Positions 1-9,764 of a stretch of 64,000 nucleotides of DNA are shown here, in pieces. Position 1 is the stretch's first letter. Each line of letters starts with the position of its first letter. Under the pieces are notes generated by a model. It saw nothing but the letters and a program-made list of their open reading frames with translations. It was not told where the DNA came from and made no database searches. The DNA lies in the NCBI GenBank assembly GCA_944387525.1, contig CALXFF010000004.1, forward strand, positions 1,938 through 65,937, read 5' to 3'. This DNA is from an uncultured Clostridia bacterium (GTDB lineage Bacteria > Bacillota > Clostridia > TANB77 > CAG-508). The translations under genes were made by a program, and so were the position numbers.

Positions 1-38
1 TGGAAAAAAATTTGATGATCTATTGGAGGAAAGTATAA

Positions 39-209
39 ATGAAAATATGTCCTAAATGTGGTGAATTATATATAAAGGGAAAAGGAGCATTATCCAGAAG
101 AGACAATAAAACCGAGATATGCCCTACCTGTGGAACAAGAGAAGCATTAGAAGATTTAAAAAATTATTGTGAAAGGAAGAATAAAAAAGATGCAAATAAA
201 AATATATAA
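39..209 (+). CDS. Small zinc-ribbon protein (56 aa)
   Basis: Hand-translated ORF below the track cutoff: MKICPKCGELY...ICPTCGTRE, with two CxxC pairs. Its end overlaps the next gene's start. Confidence 0.35.
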   Translation: MKICPKCGELYIKGKGALSRRDNKTEICPTCGTREALEDLKNYCERKNKKDANKNI

Positions 210-2124
210 TTTAAAATTAAAAAATTTCAAAGGAATAAAAGAATTGGAAATTGTTTTTAATGGTCAAGATACAAATATATATGGAAAAAATGCAACAGGT
301 AAAACAACTATATTTGATGCTTTCAAATGGTTATTTTTTGACAAGGATAGCAATGATAGAAAAGATTTCAATATAAAGACCTTGGATGAAAACAATAATC
401 CAATTCATTTTTTAGAGCATGAAGTAGAAGCAACATTAATAATTGATGGACAAGACATAACATTTAAAAAAATGTTTAAAGAAAAATGGATAAAAAGAAG
501 AGGTCAAGAACAACAAGAATTTGCAGGACATGAAACAAGTTATTGGATTGATGAAGTACCTATAAAGAAAAAAGATTATGAAGAAAAAATTAATAGTATT
601 ATACCAGAAAATTTATTCAAATTAATAACAGATCCATCATTTTTTAATAATCAAATGTCTTGGAAAGAAAGAAGAGAATTGTTAATAAATATTTCTGGAA
701 CTGATATTACAGATGAAACAATATTAAATTCAAATGAACAATTTGAAATATTAAAGGAAAATTTAGAAGGAAGAACGATAGAAGATTATAGAAAAGTATT
801 AGCAGCCAAGATAAAAGAACTGAATAATGAAAAGGAAAAAATACCAATAAGAATTGACGAATTAACAAAAACATTAATAACAGATCATAACATAAATTAC
901 GAGGATTTAGAAAATGAAAAGAATATGTGTAATGAAGAATTACAGAGAATTGAACTTGAAATGACAGATATACAAACAAGAGCAAAAGAAAATATGAAAA
1001 AAGCAGATCAACTTGCAATAGCAAAAAATGAATTGAACAATTTAAAATTCAGGTTAGAAGTAGAACATAGTGATAAATATTCTTCTGAAGCAATCAAACT
1101 CAATAATGAAAAATCCCTTATAGAAAGCAAAATAAGAAATAATAATCAAACAATTAATGATTTACAAATACAAATAGATACAGATAAAAAACGCAAGCAA
1201 GAATTATACAAAAAATGGGATGAAATTAACAATACTAAATTGGAATTTGATCCTAACTCATTTATATGTCCGACTTGCAAAAGAGAGTATGAAACAGAAA
1301 AAATTGAAGAAATGAAACAACAATTTGTAGATAATTTTAATACCCATAAAGATAACGAAAAACAAGCAATTAATAAGGAAGGCAAATCAATAAATGCAAG
1401 AATAGAAGAAAATACTAAAAAAATAGAAACATTATTAGCTGAAACAGAACAATTTAATAAGAATTTAGAAGAAATTAATTTAAAAATACTAGAATATGAA
1501 AAAGATAAACCTTCAGAAACATTTGATGTAACAGCATTACCACAATATCAAGAGAAACTAAAAGAAATAGAAAAACTAGAAGAAATAGTAAATAACTTGG
1601 TTAGTGAAGATATAACAGAAATTCAAAATAAAAAATCAAGTATTATTGAACAAATTAATAATATTGATAAACAATTAAATGAAAGAGTTGTACAAGAAAA
1701 AACAAAAACACGTATAGAAGAATTAGAAAAAGAAGAAGAAAATATTGCACACAAAATACAGGAATTAGAGGCACAACAATATCAAATAGAAGAATTCACA
1801 AAAACAAAAGTTGAATTATTAGAAAATGCAATAAACAGTAACTTTGAAATAGTACAATTCAGATTATTTGACACGCAAATAAATGGAGGATTAATAGAAT
1901 GTTGCGATACATTAGTAAATGGTGTTCCTTTTGCAGATGTAAATAATGCTCATAAAATAATTGCAGGATTAGACATTATAAAAACATTATCTAAATTTTA
2001 CAATATTACAGCACCAATTTTTATAGACAACAGGGAAAGTATTAATGAATTATGCAATATAGATGCACAAGTAATTAGTTTAATTGTTACAGAAGATCCA
2101 GAATTAAGAATTGAGGTGATGTAG
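190..2124 (+). CDS. Rad50/SbcC-like SMC-type ATPase of the phage recombination module
   Basis: Walker A GKNATGKTT. Long coiled coil with a central CPTC zinc-hook-like motif. C-terminal PIFIDNRES Walker B/D-loop. ATG at 190 follows GAAAGGAAG; the track start is 169. Confidence 0.7.
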   Translation: MQIKIYNLKLKNFKGIKELEIVFNGQDTNIYGKNATGKTTIFDAFKWLFFDKDSNDRKDFNIKTLDENNNPIHFLEHEVEATLIIDGQDITFKKMFKEKWIKRRGQEQQEFAGHETSYWIDEVPIKKKDYEEKINSIIPENLFKLITDPSFFNNQMSWKERRELLINISGTDITDETILNSNEQFEILKENLEGRTIEDYRKVLAAKIKELNNEKEKIPIRIDELTKTLITDHNINYEDLENEKNMCNEELQRIELEMTDIQTRAKENMKKADQLAIAKNELNNLKFRLEVEHSDKYSSEAIKLNNEKSLIESKIRNNNQTINDLQIQIDTDKKRKQELYKKWDEINNTKLEFDPNSFICPTCKREYETEKIEEMKQQFVDNFNTHKDNEKQAINKEGKSINARIEENTKKIETLLAETEQFNKNLEEINLKILEYEKDKPSETFDVTALPQYQEKLKEIEKLEEIVNNLVSEDITEIQNKKSSIIEQINNIDKQLNERVVQEKTKTRIEELEKEEENIAHKIQELEAQQYQIEEFTKTKVELLENAINSNFEIVQFRLFDTQINGGLIECCDTLVNGVPFADVNNAHKIIAGLDIIKTLSKFYNITAPIFIDNRESINELCNIDAQVISLIVTEDPELRIEVM

Positions 2125-2125
2125 A

Positions 2126-2629
2126 ATGAATAATCTAAGTTTATATAATATAACAAATAAGTTTGTAGAGTTAATGGACAAGGCACAAGATGGTGAACTA
2201 ACAGAAGAGGAATATAACGAGCTAGGAAATGAATTAGCACAAGAATTACAAAATAAAAGTTCAAACATAATTGGATATATAAAAAATAGCGAAAGCTTAC
2301 TAGAAGCAATGAAAGTAGAAGAAAAACGACTTGCGGAGATAAGAAAAAAAGGCGAAAAAAAATTAGATAAATTCTATCAATATGTAAAAGAAAATATGGA
2401 AAGATTGGGATTGATGGAAATTCCAACAGAATTAGGAAAACTAAAAATTACCAAAAATCCTATGAGTATTGAAATAGAAAATGAAGATGAAATACCATCA
2501 GAATTCAAAAAGGAAGTAGTAACAACACAAATTGATAAAGCAGCTATAAAAAATCATTTTAAAGATACCGGAGAGATAGTACCGGGCATAAGAATAATAG
2601 ATAATAAAACAAGTTTAAGAATAAAGTAG
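2126..2629 (+). CDS. Siphovirus Gp157-family protein
   Basis: Matches the Gp157 pattern: acidic N-terminal helix, EEKRLAE..RKK coil, and a ...IP.EF...D K.AIK...G EIVPG...N.SLRIK tail. It sits in the usual position next to RecT. Confidence 0.75.
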   Translation: MNNLSLYNITNKFVELMDKAQDGELTEEEYNELGNELAQELQNKSSNIIGYIKNSESLLEAMKVEEKRLAEIRKKGEKKLDKFYQYVKENMERLGLMEIPTELGKLKITKNPMSIEIENEDEIPSEFKKEVVTTQIDKAAIKNHFKDTGEIVPGIRIIDNKTSLRIK

Positions 2630-2641
2630 GAGGAAATAAAA

Positions 2642-2911
2642 ATGAATAATGAAATTTTAAAAATATCAAGTAAATCAAATCCAAATTCAGTTGCTGGAGC
2701 AATAGCAGGTATGTTATCAGAAACAGATAAAGTAGAAATGCAAGCAATAGGAGCAGGGGCAGTAAATCAAGCAGTCAAATCAATAGCAATAGCAAGAGGA
2801 TTTGTAGCATCATTAGGAATAAATCTAATATGTATACCAGCATTTAGTACCGTACTAATTGAGGGAGAAGAAAAAACTGGAATGAAATTTATAGTGAAGG
2901 GAGATAAATAA
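2642..2911 (+). CDS. spoVS: SpoVS (stage V sporulation protein S) homologue, Alba-like fold
   Basis: ILKISSKSNPNSVAGAIAGML...MQAIGAGAVNQAVKSIAIARGF...INLICIPAF is near-collinear with the canonical 86-aa SpoVS. RBS is GGAGGA. Confidence 0.85.
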   Translation: MNNEILKISSKSNPNSVAGAIAGMLSETDKVEMQAIGAGAVNQAVKSIAIARGFVASLGINLICIPAFSTVLIEGEEKTGMKFIVKGDK

Positions 2912-2913
2912 TT

Positions 2914-3915
2914 ATGAGTAATGAATTAACAAAAAAAGAACAAAATGCATTACAGAAAAAAGAACTAACAGCAAGTGAAAGATTTACAAATATGGTAATA
3001 AACGAGTTTCAAGGAAATATTGGAGAATTGAACTTAAATGAATACCAAAAACAACTAATTAGAAACTATTTTATTGGAATAGATAATGCTTTAAAAAATG
3101 CAGAAACAAGTAGGCAATATAGTTCTAAAAAGAAAGATGATCCAACAATCACCTGGAACAATGTAAATATGAATAAATTAGCAACAGATGTTGTTCAAAA
3201 TGCAAAATTAGGACTAGATATGTCAATTCCTAATCATTTACATGTAGTACCATATAAAAACTCTAAAACAAACCAATATGATTTAAGTTTGATGCCAGGA
3301 TACGAAGGGTTAAAATATATTGCAGCAAACTATTCATTATATAAAGTAGCTGATATAAAAGTAGAATTAGTACACGAAAATGATATTTTTCAGCCAATAT
3401 ATAAAGACAATATTGAAGGATATGAATTCAAAATTACTAATCCATTTGCAAGAGGAAATGTAATAGGAGGATTTGGATATATAAGGTATGAAAACGAAAT
3501 ACATAATAAATTAGTAATAATGTCTATTGATGAATTATTAAAAAGAAAACCAAGTACAGCATCCGTAGAATTTTGGGGTGGAGAAAAGAATGTATGGGAA
3601 AATGGAAAGATTACAGGTAAGGAAACAGTTAAAGGTTGGACAAATGAAATGTTATACAAAACAATGGTAAGAGCAACATGTAAAAAAGTAACTGTAGATC
3701 CTAAAAAAATAAACGAGAGCTATGTATATGTGATGGAAAGCGAAGATAATTACTATACAGATGCTCAAGAAGATAAAATAAACCAGGAAATAGAAGATAA
3801 TGCAAATAAAGAAATAATAGATATAGAAGCAGAAGAACAAGAAAGTTTAGAAACTGCATCAACAAAAGACACAAATATAATAGAAACACAAAATACAGAA
3901 GGACCAGACTTTTAA
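2914..3915 (+). CDS. RecT-family single-strand annealing protein
   Basis: PGYEGLKYIA...VHENDIF resembles the RecT core. Acidic C-terminal tail. Position between Gp157 and the MBL hydrolase is typical. Confidence 0.6.
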   Translation: MSNELTKKEQNALQKKELTASERFTNMVINEFQGNIGELNLNEYQKQLIRNYFIGIDNALKNAETSRQYSSKKKDDPTITWNNVNMNKLATDVVQNAKLGLDMSIPNHLHVVPYKNSKTNQYDLSLMPGYEGLKYIAANYSLYKVADIKVELVHENDIFQPIYKDNIEGYEFKITNPFARGNVIGGFGYIRYENEIHNKLVIMSIDELLKRKPSTASVEFWGGEKNVWENGKITGKETVKGWTNEMLYKTMVRATCKKVTVDPKKINESYVYVMESEDNYYTDAQEDKINQEIEDNANKEIIDIEAEEQESLETASTKDTNIIETQNTEGPDF

Positions 3916-4658
3916 TGAAACTGAAAGTATTAGGTAGTAGTTCTTCAGGTAATTGCTACCTAATAGAAGCATCAAAACAAGAAAGATTAATATTGGATGC
4001 AGGTATTAATTTCAAAGATGTACAAAAAAAATTAAATTTTAATTTTAATGGAATACAAGGAGTTTTAATAACACATGAACATATGGATCATTTGAAATAT
4101 GCACCTAACTTTGCACTCAATGGAATAGATGTATACGCATCTAAAGGAACATTTGAAAAATTAAAATTAAAAGGTCATAGATTTAAAGAAATAAAAGCAT
4201 TACGACAATTTTCAATTGGTAATTTTATAATACTTCCTTTTGATACACAACATGATGCAAAAGAGCCATTGGGGTATTTAATAAAATATAAACCTACAGG
4301 TGAAAAGTTGTTATATGCAACAGATACATATTACATAAAATATAGGTTTAATAAGATAAATTATTTATTATTAGAATGTAATTATAACTCAAATATAGCA
4401 AAAGAAAATGTAAAAAATGGAATAATAAATAGAACTAGATATACTAGATTGTTGGAAAGTCATTTCAGTTTAGAAAATTTATTAAAATTTTTGCAAGCCA
4501 ATGATTTAACATATACAAAGAATATTATACTTTGTCACCTTTCAAATGATAATTCGAATCAGGAAATTATGATAAATAAAGTATATGAACAAACTGGAAT
4601 AGCTACCACAATTGCACGTCCAGGATTAGATATGGAATTAAAATTATATCCATTTTGA
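3915..4658 (+). CDS. MBL-fold metallo-hydrolase
   Basis: HxHxDH motif (THEHMDH) and the N-terminal LGSSSSGNC beta-lactamase-fold start. Confidence 0.8.
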   Translation: MKLKVLGSSSSGNCYLIEASKQERLILDAGINFKDVQKKLNFNFNGIQGVLITHEHMDHLKYAPNFALNGIDVYASKGTFEKLKLKGHRFKEIKALRQFSIGNFIILPFDTQHDAKEPLGYLIKYKPTGEKLLYATDTYYIKYRFNKINYLLLECNYNSNIAKENVKNGIINRTRYTRLLESHFSLENLLKFLQANDLTYTKNIILCHLSNDNSNQEIMINKVYEQTGIATTIARPGLDMELKLYPF

Positions 4659-4675
4659 TAGGATGGTGATTATAT

Positions 4676-4993
4676 GTGAATAATATCAAAGCAATTACTC
4701 AATTAGAAGATTTAAAAAGAGACAGATTAAGTTTTATACAAAATAATGAATTAGACGAAATATACTTGAATGATATAAAAGCAATAAATTTAGCAATAAA
4801 AGCATTAAAAAAGTGTCCTGATATAAAAGATACATCATTTAAATGTAGGATGTGCGGTAAAGAACTAAAAACTTGGAAAAGCATTCAAAAAGGATTTGGA
4901 CCAATTTGTGAAAAAAGATATATAAATGATGTATATAGAAATCAACAAATTTCAATGGAGACTATTATAAAAGAAAAAGACAAAAGAAGGTGA
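4676..4993 (+). CDS. Hypothetical protein with a C-terminal CxxC...GFGPxC motif
   Basis: ORF with GTG start. CRMCGKELK...GFGPICEKRY resembles small phage zinc-binding proteins. Confidence 0.5.
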   Translation: MNNIKAITQLEDLKRDRLSFIQNNELDEIYLNDIKAINLAIKALKKCPDIKDTSFKCRMCGKELKTWKSIQKGFGPICEKRYINDVYRNQQISMETIIKEKDKRR

Positions 4994-5003
4994 GGTAGTA
5001 AGT

Positions 5004-5963
5004 ATGGGAAAATCTAATACATGTTATTTTAGTCATGATGCAAATGCATTAACAGATATAAAAATATCTGCAATGAGAAGTGATTATGGATTAGAAGGTT
5101 ATGGTTTATACTGGGCAATAATAGAAAAATTGAGAAATGAAGATACCTATAAACTACCTCTTGAAAAAAATACATATAGAGCAATTAAAATTGAAACAGG
5201 CACAACTATTGATGTAGAAAAATTTATAAAGGATTGTATTGAAGAGTTTAAAGAAACAGATAATGGAAATGGTTTATTCAATACAAACGGAAAATATTTT
5301 TGGTCAGAAAGCCTACTAAAAAGAATGACAAAAATGGAAGAAGTTAGTGCTAAAAGAAAAAAAGCAGGACAAAGAGGTGCACAAGGTAGATGGGGAAACA
5401 AACAACAGGAAGTAAAAAAGACAAAAAAAAGAAAAATAAAAAACATTATAGCAAAAAATAGCAAAAGTATGGCAAATGCTATCAAATATTATGGCAAATG
5501 CTATAAGAATTATGGCAAAAGTATAGCAAAAAATGGCAAAATCAAATCTAAATCTAAATCTAAAATAAAAATTAAAATAAAAGATATTAAATCTATCTAT
5601 CCATCTAATCATATACAGAAAGAAAATAAAAAATTAGATGAAATGATGGATGAGACTGACAAGATGGAATTTGAAAGAATGATATGTAATTCAGAAATAC
5701 ATTTATTAGATCCAAATCTTGCTATTGAAATTAAAGAGATAATTAAAGAATTATATATGAATCCAGATACAAAAGAAAAAATAAAGCCTATTAATTCCAA
5801 AAATCTATTTTATGCACTAAGAAATTTTGCTATTGCTAATACAAAAACACAAATAAAAATACCAAAACAATATTTTAAAAAATGTTTATTATCAGCACTA
5901 GAACAGACAGAGTTAAGTACACAATATGATACAGATACAATTTATGAAATGGGAAGTGATTAG
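5004..5963 (+). CDS. DUF4373 (Lin1244/Lin1753-like) replisome organizer / replication initiation protein
   Basis: N-terminus YFSHDANALTDIKISAMRSDYGLEGYGLYWAIIEKL is typical of DUF4373. A central basic low-complexity linker carries phased DNA repeats. Confidence 0.7.
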   Translation: MGKSNTCYFSHDANALTDIKISAMRSDYGLEGYGLYWAIIEKLRNEDTYKLPLEKNTYRAIKIETGTTIDVEKFIKDCIEEFKETDNGNGLFNTNGKYFWSESLLKRMTKMEEVSAKRKKAGQRGAQGRWGNKQQEVKKTKKRKIKNIIAKNSKSMANAIKYYGKCYKNYGKSIAKNGKIKSKSKSKIKIKIKDIKSIYPSNHIQKENKKLDEMMDETDKMEFERMICNSEIHLLDPNLAIEIKEIIKELYMNPDTKEKIKPINSKNLFYALRNFAIANTKTQIKIPKQYFKKCLLSALEQTELSTQYDTDTIYEMGSD

Positions 5964-5964
5964 A

Positions 5965-6147
5965 ATGTCATTTATTAGAGAAGAGGATTTAATATCAAGG
6001 AAATTAGAAACTTGTGAAAATTGTGAATGGTGTGTTCCTACATTAAATTGTGAGTTTCCACACTGTTTATTAACAGGTAAACAAATGGGATTATTCGAAA
6101 CTTGTAATCATTTTAAATGGAGAACAGCAAATCATATAAGTATGTAA
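5965..6147 (+). CDS. Hypothetical Cys-rich protein
   Basis: ORF containing CENCEWC...CEFPHC...C. ATG at 5965 follows GGGAAG. Confidence 0.45.
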   Translation: MSFIREEDLISRKLETCENCEWCVPTLNCEFPHCLLTGKQMGLFETCNHFKWRTANHISM

Positions 6148-6241
6148 TTAAGTAAACATAATATTTAATAATGACATTAAAAAGTTAAAAATCAAAAACA
6201 AACACAACCTAGAAAATATACAAAGGAAAGGCGGTAAAATT

Positions 6242-6655
6242 ATGGTGATTGAAGATATGCAACAAACATTAGAATTATTAGGAAATATAAAAGAATTTTT
6301 CTTCAATATAGAGGAAACAGAAAAAAAGTTAAATACTGAATTATACACAAAAGAAGGCGAAAGAGACGACCTACTACACGAAATAGAATTAAGCAAGCTA
6401 AATGCAATAGAAATAATGAGTACATATAAAAGATTAGAAAAAGTGTTACAAGAAAGAAGAATCATAAAAAATAAAATAGATTTGATAAGCACAATCAAAC
6501 CATACACAAGCAAATTTATAACAAAAGGTATTTGTGCAGAAACTGACATAACTATAAAAAACATAGAAACATTGAAGCATAATCAAGAAAGTAGACAATA
6601 CACACCAAGAGTAATACAAGATTTAAAATGTGCAAAGAAAAAGAAGGAGGGATAA
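6242..6655 (+). CDS. Hypothetical coiled-coil protein
   Basis: ORF in the operon with an upstream GGAAAGG RBS. Confidence 0.5.
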   Translation: MVIEDMQQTLELLGNIKEFFFNIEETEKKLNTELYTKEGERDDLLHEIELSKLNAIEIMSTYKRLEKVLQERRIIKNKIDLISTIKPYTSKFITKGICAETDITIKNIETLKHNQESRQYTPRVIQDLKCAKKKKEG

Positions 6656-6659
6656 ATAT

Positions 6660-6956
6660 ATGGAAATGAATTTTAGACAATATCAAGAAATGCAAAAATT
6701 AAACAGAATAAAAAGAGAAAATGACTGTTTAGTATGTGAAATTGTAATAACAAAAGAACTAAAACATCCGCCAATTTCAATTGTACAAGGAAATGGTGGA
6801 ACTATTGAAATGGCTCAAATGGCAAAAGTTCTAACAGATGTTGCTGAGGCATTAGTAAGGGAGTTTCCAGAAATTAAAGATATTATGCCAATGCTAAATG
6901 AACATGGTGGAATGAGAACAGCATACAAACAAGTAGAGAAATGGGAGGAATTATAA
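6660..6956 (+). CDS. Hypothetical protein
   Basis: ATG at 6660 lies 9 nt after AAGGAGGG. Confidence 0.5.
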   Translation: MEMNFRQYQEMQKLNRIKRENDCLVCEIVITKELKHPPISIVQGNGGTIEMAQMAKVLTDVAEALVREFPEIKDIMPMLNEHGGMRTAYKQVEKWEEL

Positions 6957-6957
6957 A

Positions 6958-7242
6958 ATGATAATAGTAAGTCAGGATAAAAAAGGTAGAGTTATTATAG
7001 ATAATGTTACAAGTATTTGGATAGAAGATCCAGAAGAAAATGATAGTGAAAAATTCTCTATTGAAGTATCTGCAGAAATTGATGAATGTTTGGGTTATTA
7101 TGAAACTGAAGAAAGAGCACTTGAAGTTTTAGAAGAATTAACAGAATTTTATGACAGAATAAAAAGGAAAAGTATTAATGCAATAGGAAATAATGGACAA
7201 ATTTTTAGAGATCGATTTTATTTTGAAATGCCAAAGGAGTGA
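6958..7242 (+). CDS. Hypothetical protein
   Basis: Tightly packed ORF. Confidence 0.5.
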   Translation: MIIVSQDKKGRVIIDNVTSIWIEDPEENDSEKFSIEVSAEIDECLGYYETEERALEVLEELTEFYDRIKRKSINAIGNNGQIFRDRFYFEMPKE

Positions 7243-7246
7243 GAAA

Positions 7247-7579
7247 ATGAGTAATAAAACATTATACGAAATTTATAATGATGTTTGTGAATGCAAAGAA
7301 GTAGACAAAGAAGATTTGAAATTAGCATTATTAACATATAGAAGTTTATTATGGTTTGCAAATAAAGATGTAGAAGAATTATACAAAGGCACAAATCAAA
7401 ATGTATTTGCAAAATCAAGATTTGAAGCAAATGTAATGAGATATAAAAAAGCATTAGATACTATTCCAAGAAAATGGTTAGGAAATGAGAATATACCAGG
7501 AACACAAGCATACAAGGAAAAAGAAGAAATATGCAATGGTATCTTAAAGGGTTATGAAAAGTGGAAAGGAAACAAATAA
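7247..7579 (+). CDS. Hypothetical protein
   Basis: ATG at 7247 follows AAAGGAG. Confidence 0.5.
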   Translation: MSNKTLYEIYNDVCECKEVDKEDLKLALLTYRSLLWFANKDVEELYKGTNQNVFAKSRFEANVMRYKKALDTIPRKWLGNENIPGTQAYKEKEEICNGILKGYEKWKGNK

Positions 7580-7933
7580 ATGCAAGAACATTGGAGTATT
7601 GAACAATATAGAGAATATCAAAAAAAGGAAAATAAAAAAAGTAAATATGGTGCAGTAAAGACAACGGTGGATGGACAAACATTTGACAGCAAAAAAGAAG
7701 CGGATTATTACTGCAATTTAAAGTTAAGGCTGCAATGCGGAGACATCAAAGGTTTTTGTTTGCAGCCTATATTCATACTAGCACCAAGATTAAAATATAA
7801 AGCAGATTTTATAGTATTTAATAATGATGGAACAACAGAAATAGTTGATACAAAAGGATTTAAGACCAAAGAATATATTGCAAAAAAGAAAATATTTGAA
7901 GATAAATACAACTTAAAAATAAAGGAGGAGTAA
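7580..7933 (+). CDS. DUF1064 protein (RecU/resolvase-like fold)
   Basis: KYGAVKTTVDGQTFDSKKEADYY...YKADFIVF...EIVDTKG matches the DUF1064 signature. Confidence 0.75.
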   Translation: MQEHWSIEQYREYQKKENKKSKYGAVKTTVDGQTFDSKKEADYYCNLKLRLQCGDIKGFCLQPIFILAPRLKYKADFIVFNNDGTTEIVDTKGFKTKEYIAKKKIFEDKYNLKIKEE

Positions 7934-7934
7934 A

Positions 7935-8156
7935 ATGAATCCAGTAAATTTTGAAGATATGAATTGTGTTTTTAAAGCTCCAGGATGTGGAGATTTACCA
8001 GCATTAAAAACAGACAGACATATAATTTCTTGCTGGGAAATGACAGAAAAGGAAAAAGAAGAATTTATGAAAACCGGCAAAATTTATTTATCAATAATGG
8101 GAGATATACATCCACCAGTTAGTTTATATGTTGATAGACCATATATAAGACAATAA
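7935..8156 (+). CDS. Hypothetical protein
   Basis: Packed ORF. Confidence 0.45.
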   Translation: MNPVNFEDMNCVFKAPGCGDLPALKTDRHIISCWEMTEKEKEEFMKTGKIYLSIMGDIHPPVSLYVDRPYIRQ

Positions 8157-8175
8157 AAATAGGGAGGTAGTAATA

Positions 8176-8415
8176 GTGAAAAATAAATTAGTAGATCTTA
8201 ACAATCATTTATTTGAAGAATTAGAAAGACTAAATGATGAAAATTTAAAAGGAGAGGCATTACAAGAAGAAAGAGAAAGGGCAAAAAGTATGGCCAATAT
8301 AGCACAAACAATTATAAATAATGGAGAATTAGCATTGAAAGCGGTAAAACATTATGATGAATATGGTAAAAAGGGAGAAATTCCAGATATATTGCAAATA
8401 GGAGAGGGAAAATAG
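8176..8415 (+). CDS. Hypothetical protein
   Basis: ORF after GGGAGG. Confidence 0.45.
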   Translation: MKNKLVDLNNHLFEELERLNDENLKGEALQEERERAKSMANIAQTIINNGELALKAVKHYDEYGKKGEIPDILQIGEGK

Positions 8416-9032
8416 TGAAGTACAATTATAGTGAAGAAAATGTGAAGTTCCTTATAGAGAATGTGAAAGGTATATCACACAAGGAATTAACTAGAAGATT
8501 TAATGAAAGGTTTAATACTAATTTAAGCGAAAGTGCTATTGCAAATATGAAAAGAAAATTAAAATTGACTAATGGTATTGATACTAAATTTAAAAAAGGA
8601 CAAACTTCTTGGAATAAAGGGAAAAAAATGAGCCCAGAGCAATATGAAAAATGTAAAAAAACAATGTTTCAAAAAGGGAATAATGCAGCACGTAATGAAA
8701 GAGAACTATTTGATGAAAGAGTAGATGTAGAAGGATATACATATATAAAAGTAAAACAACCGAATAAATGGGTTTTAAAACACAGATGGATATATGAAAA
8801 AGAAAAAGGAGAAATTCCAAAAGGATATAATTTAATATTTGCAGATGGAAATAAACAGAACTTTGACTTAGATAATTTAATATTAGTTTCGAATGCCGAG
8901 TTATTTATTATGAATCAAAAAGGATTGTATAAAAGAGATAAAGATTTAACAAAAGTTGGGGTTACTGTGGCCAAGGTATTCGATAAAATAAATAAAAGAA
9001 AAAAGGATATAAAAAATGAAGGAAAACATTGA
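8415..9032 (+). CDS. HNH homing endonuclease with an N-terminal HTH-like region
   Basis: GYTYIKV...KWVLKHRWIYEKEKGEIPKGYNLIFADGNKQNFDLDNLILV is an HNH_3-type motif. Confidence 0.75.
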   Translation: MKYNYSEENVKFLIENVKGISHKELTRRFNERFNTNLSESAIANMKRKLKLTNGIDTKFKKGQTSWNKGKKMSPEQYEKCKKTMFQKGNNAARNERELFDERVDVEGYTYIKVKQPNKWVLKHRWIYEKEKGEIPKGYNLIFADGNKQNFDLDNLILVSNAELFIMNQKGLYKRDKDLTKVGVTVAKVFDKINKRKKDIKNEGKH

Positions 9033-9222
9033 TTATGAGCAACTTTATTATGATGCCATATATGAAAATAGAAAACTAAAAAATAGAATAACTGAATTAG
9101 AAAATGAAATCAAAGACTTAAATATCTGCAGAACAAAAAGAAATATTGATTTGCAAAAATATATATTAGTGCAGATGGAAAGGAGAAAAAATGGGAAAAC
9201 CAGTACAAAGAAAAAGATATAA
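9016..9222 (+). CDS. Hypothetical coiled-coil protein
   Basis: ORF. Confidence 0.4.
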   Translation: MKENIDYEQLYYDAIYENRKLKNRITELENEIKDLNICRTKRNIDLQKYILVQMERRKNGKTSTKKKI

Positions 9223-9400
9223 ATATAAAGGTGCAATTAATAATTGTGAACAATGTGATGAATGTCAATATATAGGCGAAGGAGATTTTGTCTGTATGAA
9301 ATATCAATTTCCATCACTAGTGAAAACAGATTGGTTACCAACAGATTTTTACAATAATTGCAAAAAGTGTAGAGAATATATACCGAATAAGGAAGGATGA
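9191..9400 (+). CDS. Hypothetical Cys-rich protein
   Basis: CEQCDEC...C...CKKC. Confidence 0.4.
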   Translation: MGKPVQRKRYKYKGAINNCEQCDECQYIGEGDFVCMKYQFPSLVKTDWLPTDFYNNCKKCREYIPNKEG

Positions 9401-9407
9401 TGTACGA

Positions 9408-9650
9408 ATGAAGTTTTACGATAAAGATTTAACTAAAAAAGACCAGGAAATAAAAAAACTAATATGGATTCTATTATTATTCGTAATAGGATTTATAGTA
9501 GGATGTTTTACAATGAATATGGAAAAGCAGAATACTATTACAGAACTTGAAAAAACGATAGAAGAAAAACAAAAAAAGATAGATGAACAATATGTAGAGA
9601 TAGACTCATTAAGAGAAACGGTTTATATGTATAACTTATATGGAAAGTAG
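9408..9650 (+). CDS. Hypothetical membrane-anchored coiled-coil protein
   Basis: One TM segment (LIWILLLFVIGFIVGCF). Confidence 0.45.
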   Translation: MKFYDKDLTKKDQEIKKLIWILLLFVIGFIVGCFTMNMEKQNTITELEKTIEEKQKKIDEQYVEIDSLRETVYMYNLYGK

Positions 9651-9659
9651 GTGTTACAA

Positions 9660-9764
9660 ATGATTAATTTTATATTTGGTTTAATATTAGGTTTACTCAT
9701 TGGTGGTGTTGTAGGTGTTGGGGTGATGTGTATATTACAAATAGCAAAGGATGATGAAGAATGA
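9660..9764 (+). CDS. Tiny hydrophobic peptide (34 aa)
   Basis: Hand-translated: MINFIFGLILGLLIGGVVGVGVMCILQIAKDDEE. Confidence 0.3.
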   Translation: MINFIFGLILGLLIGGVVGVGVMCILQIAKDDEE

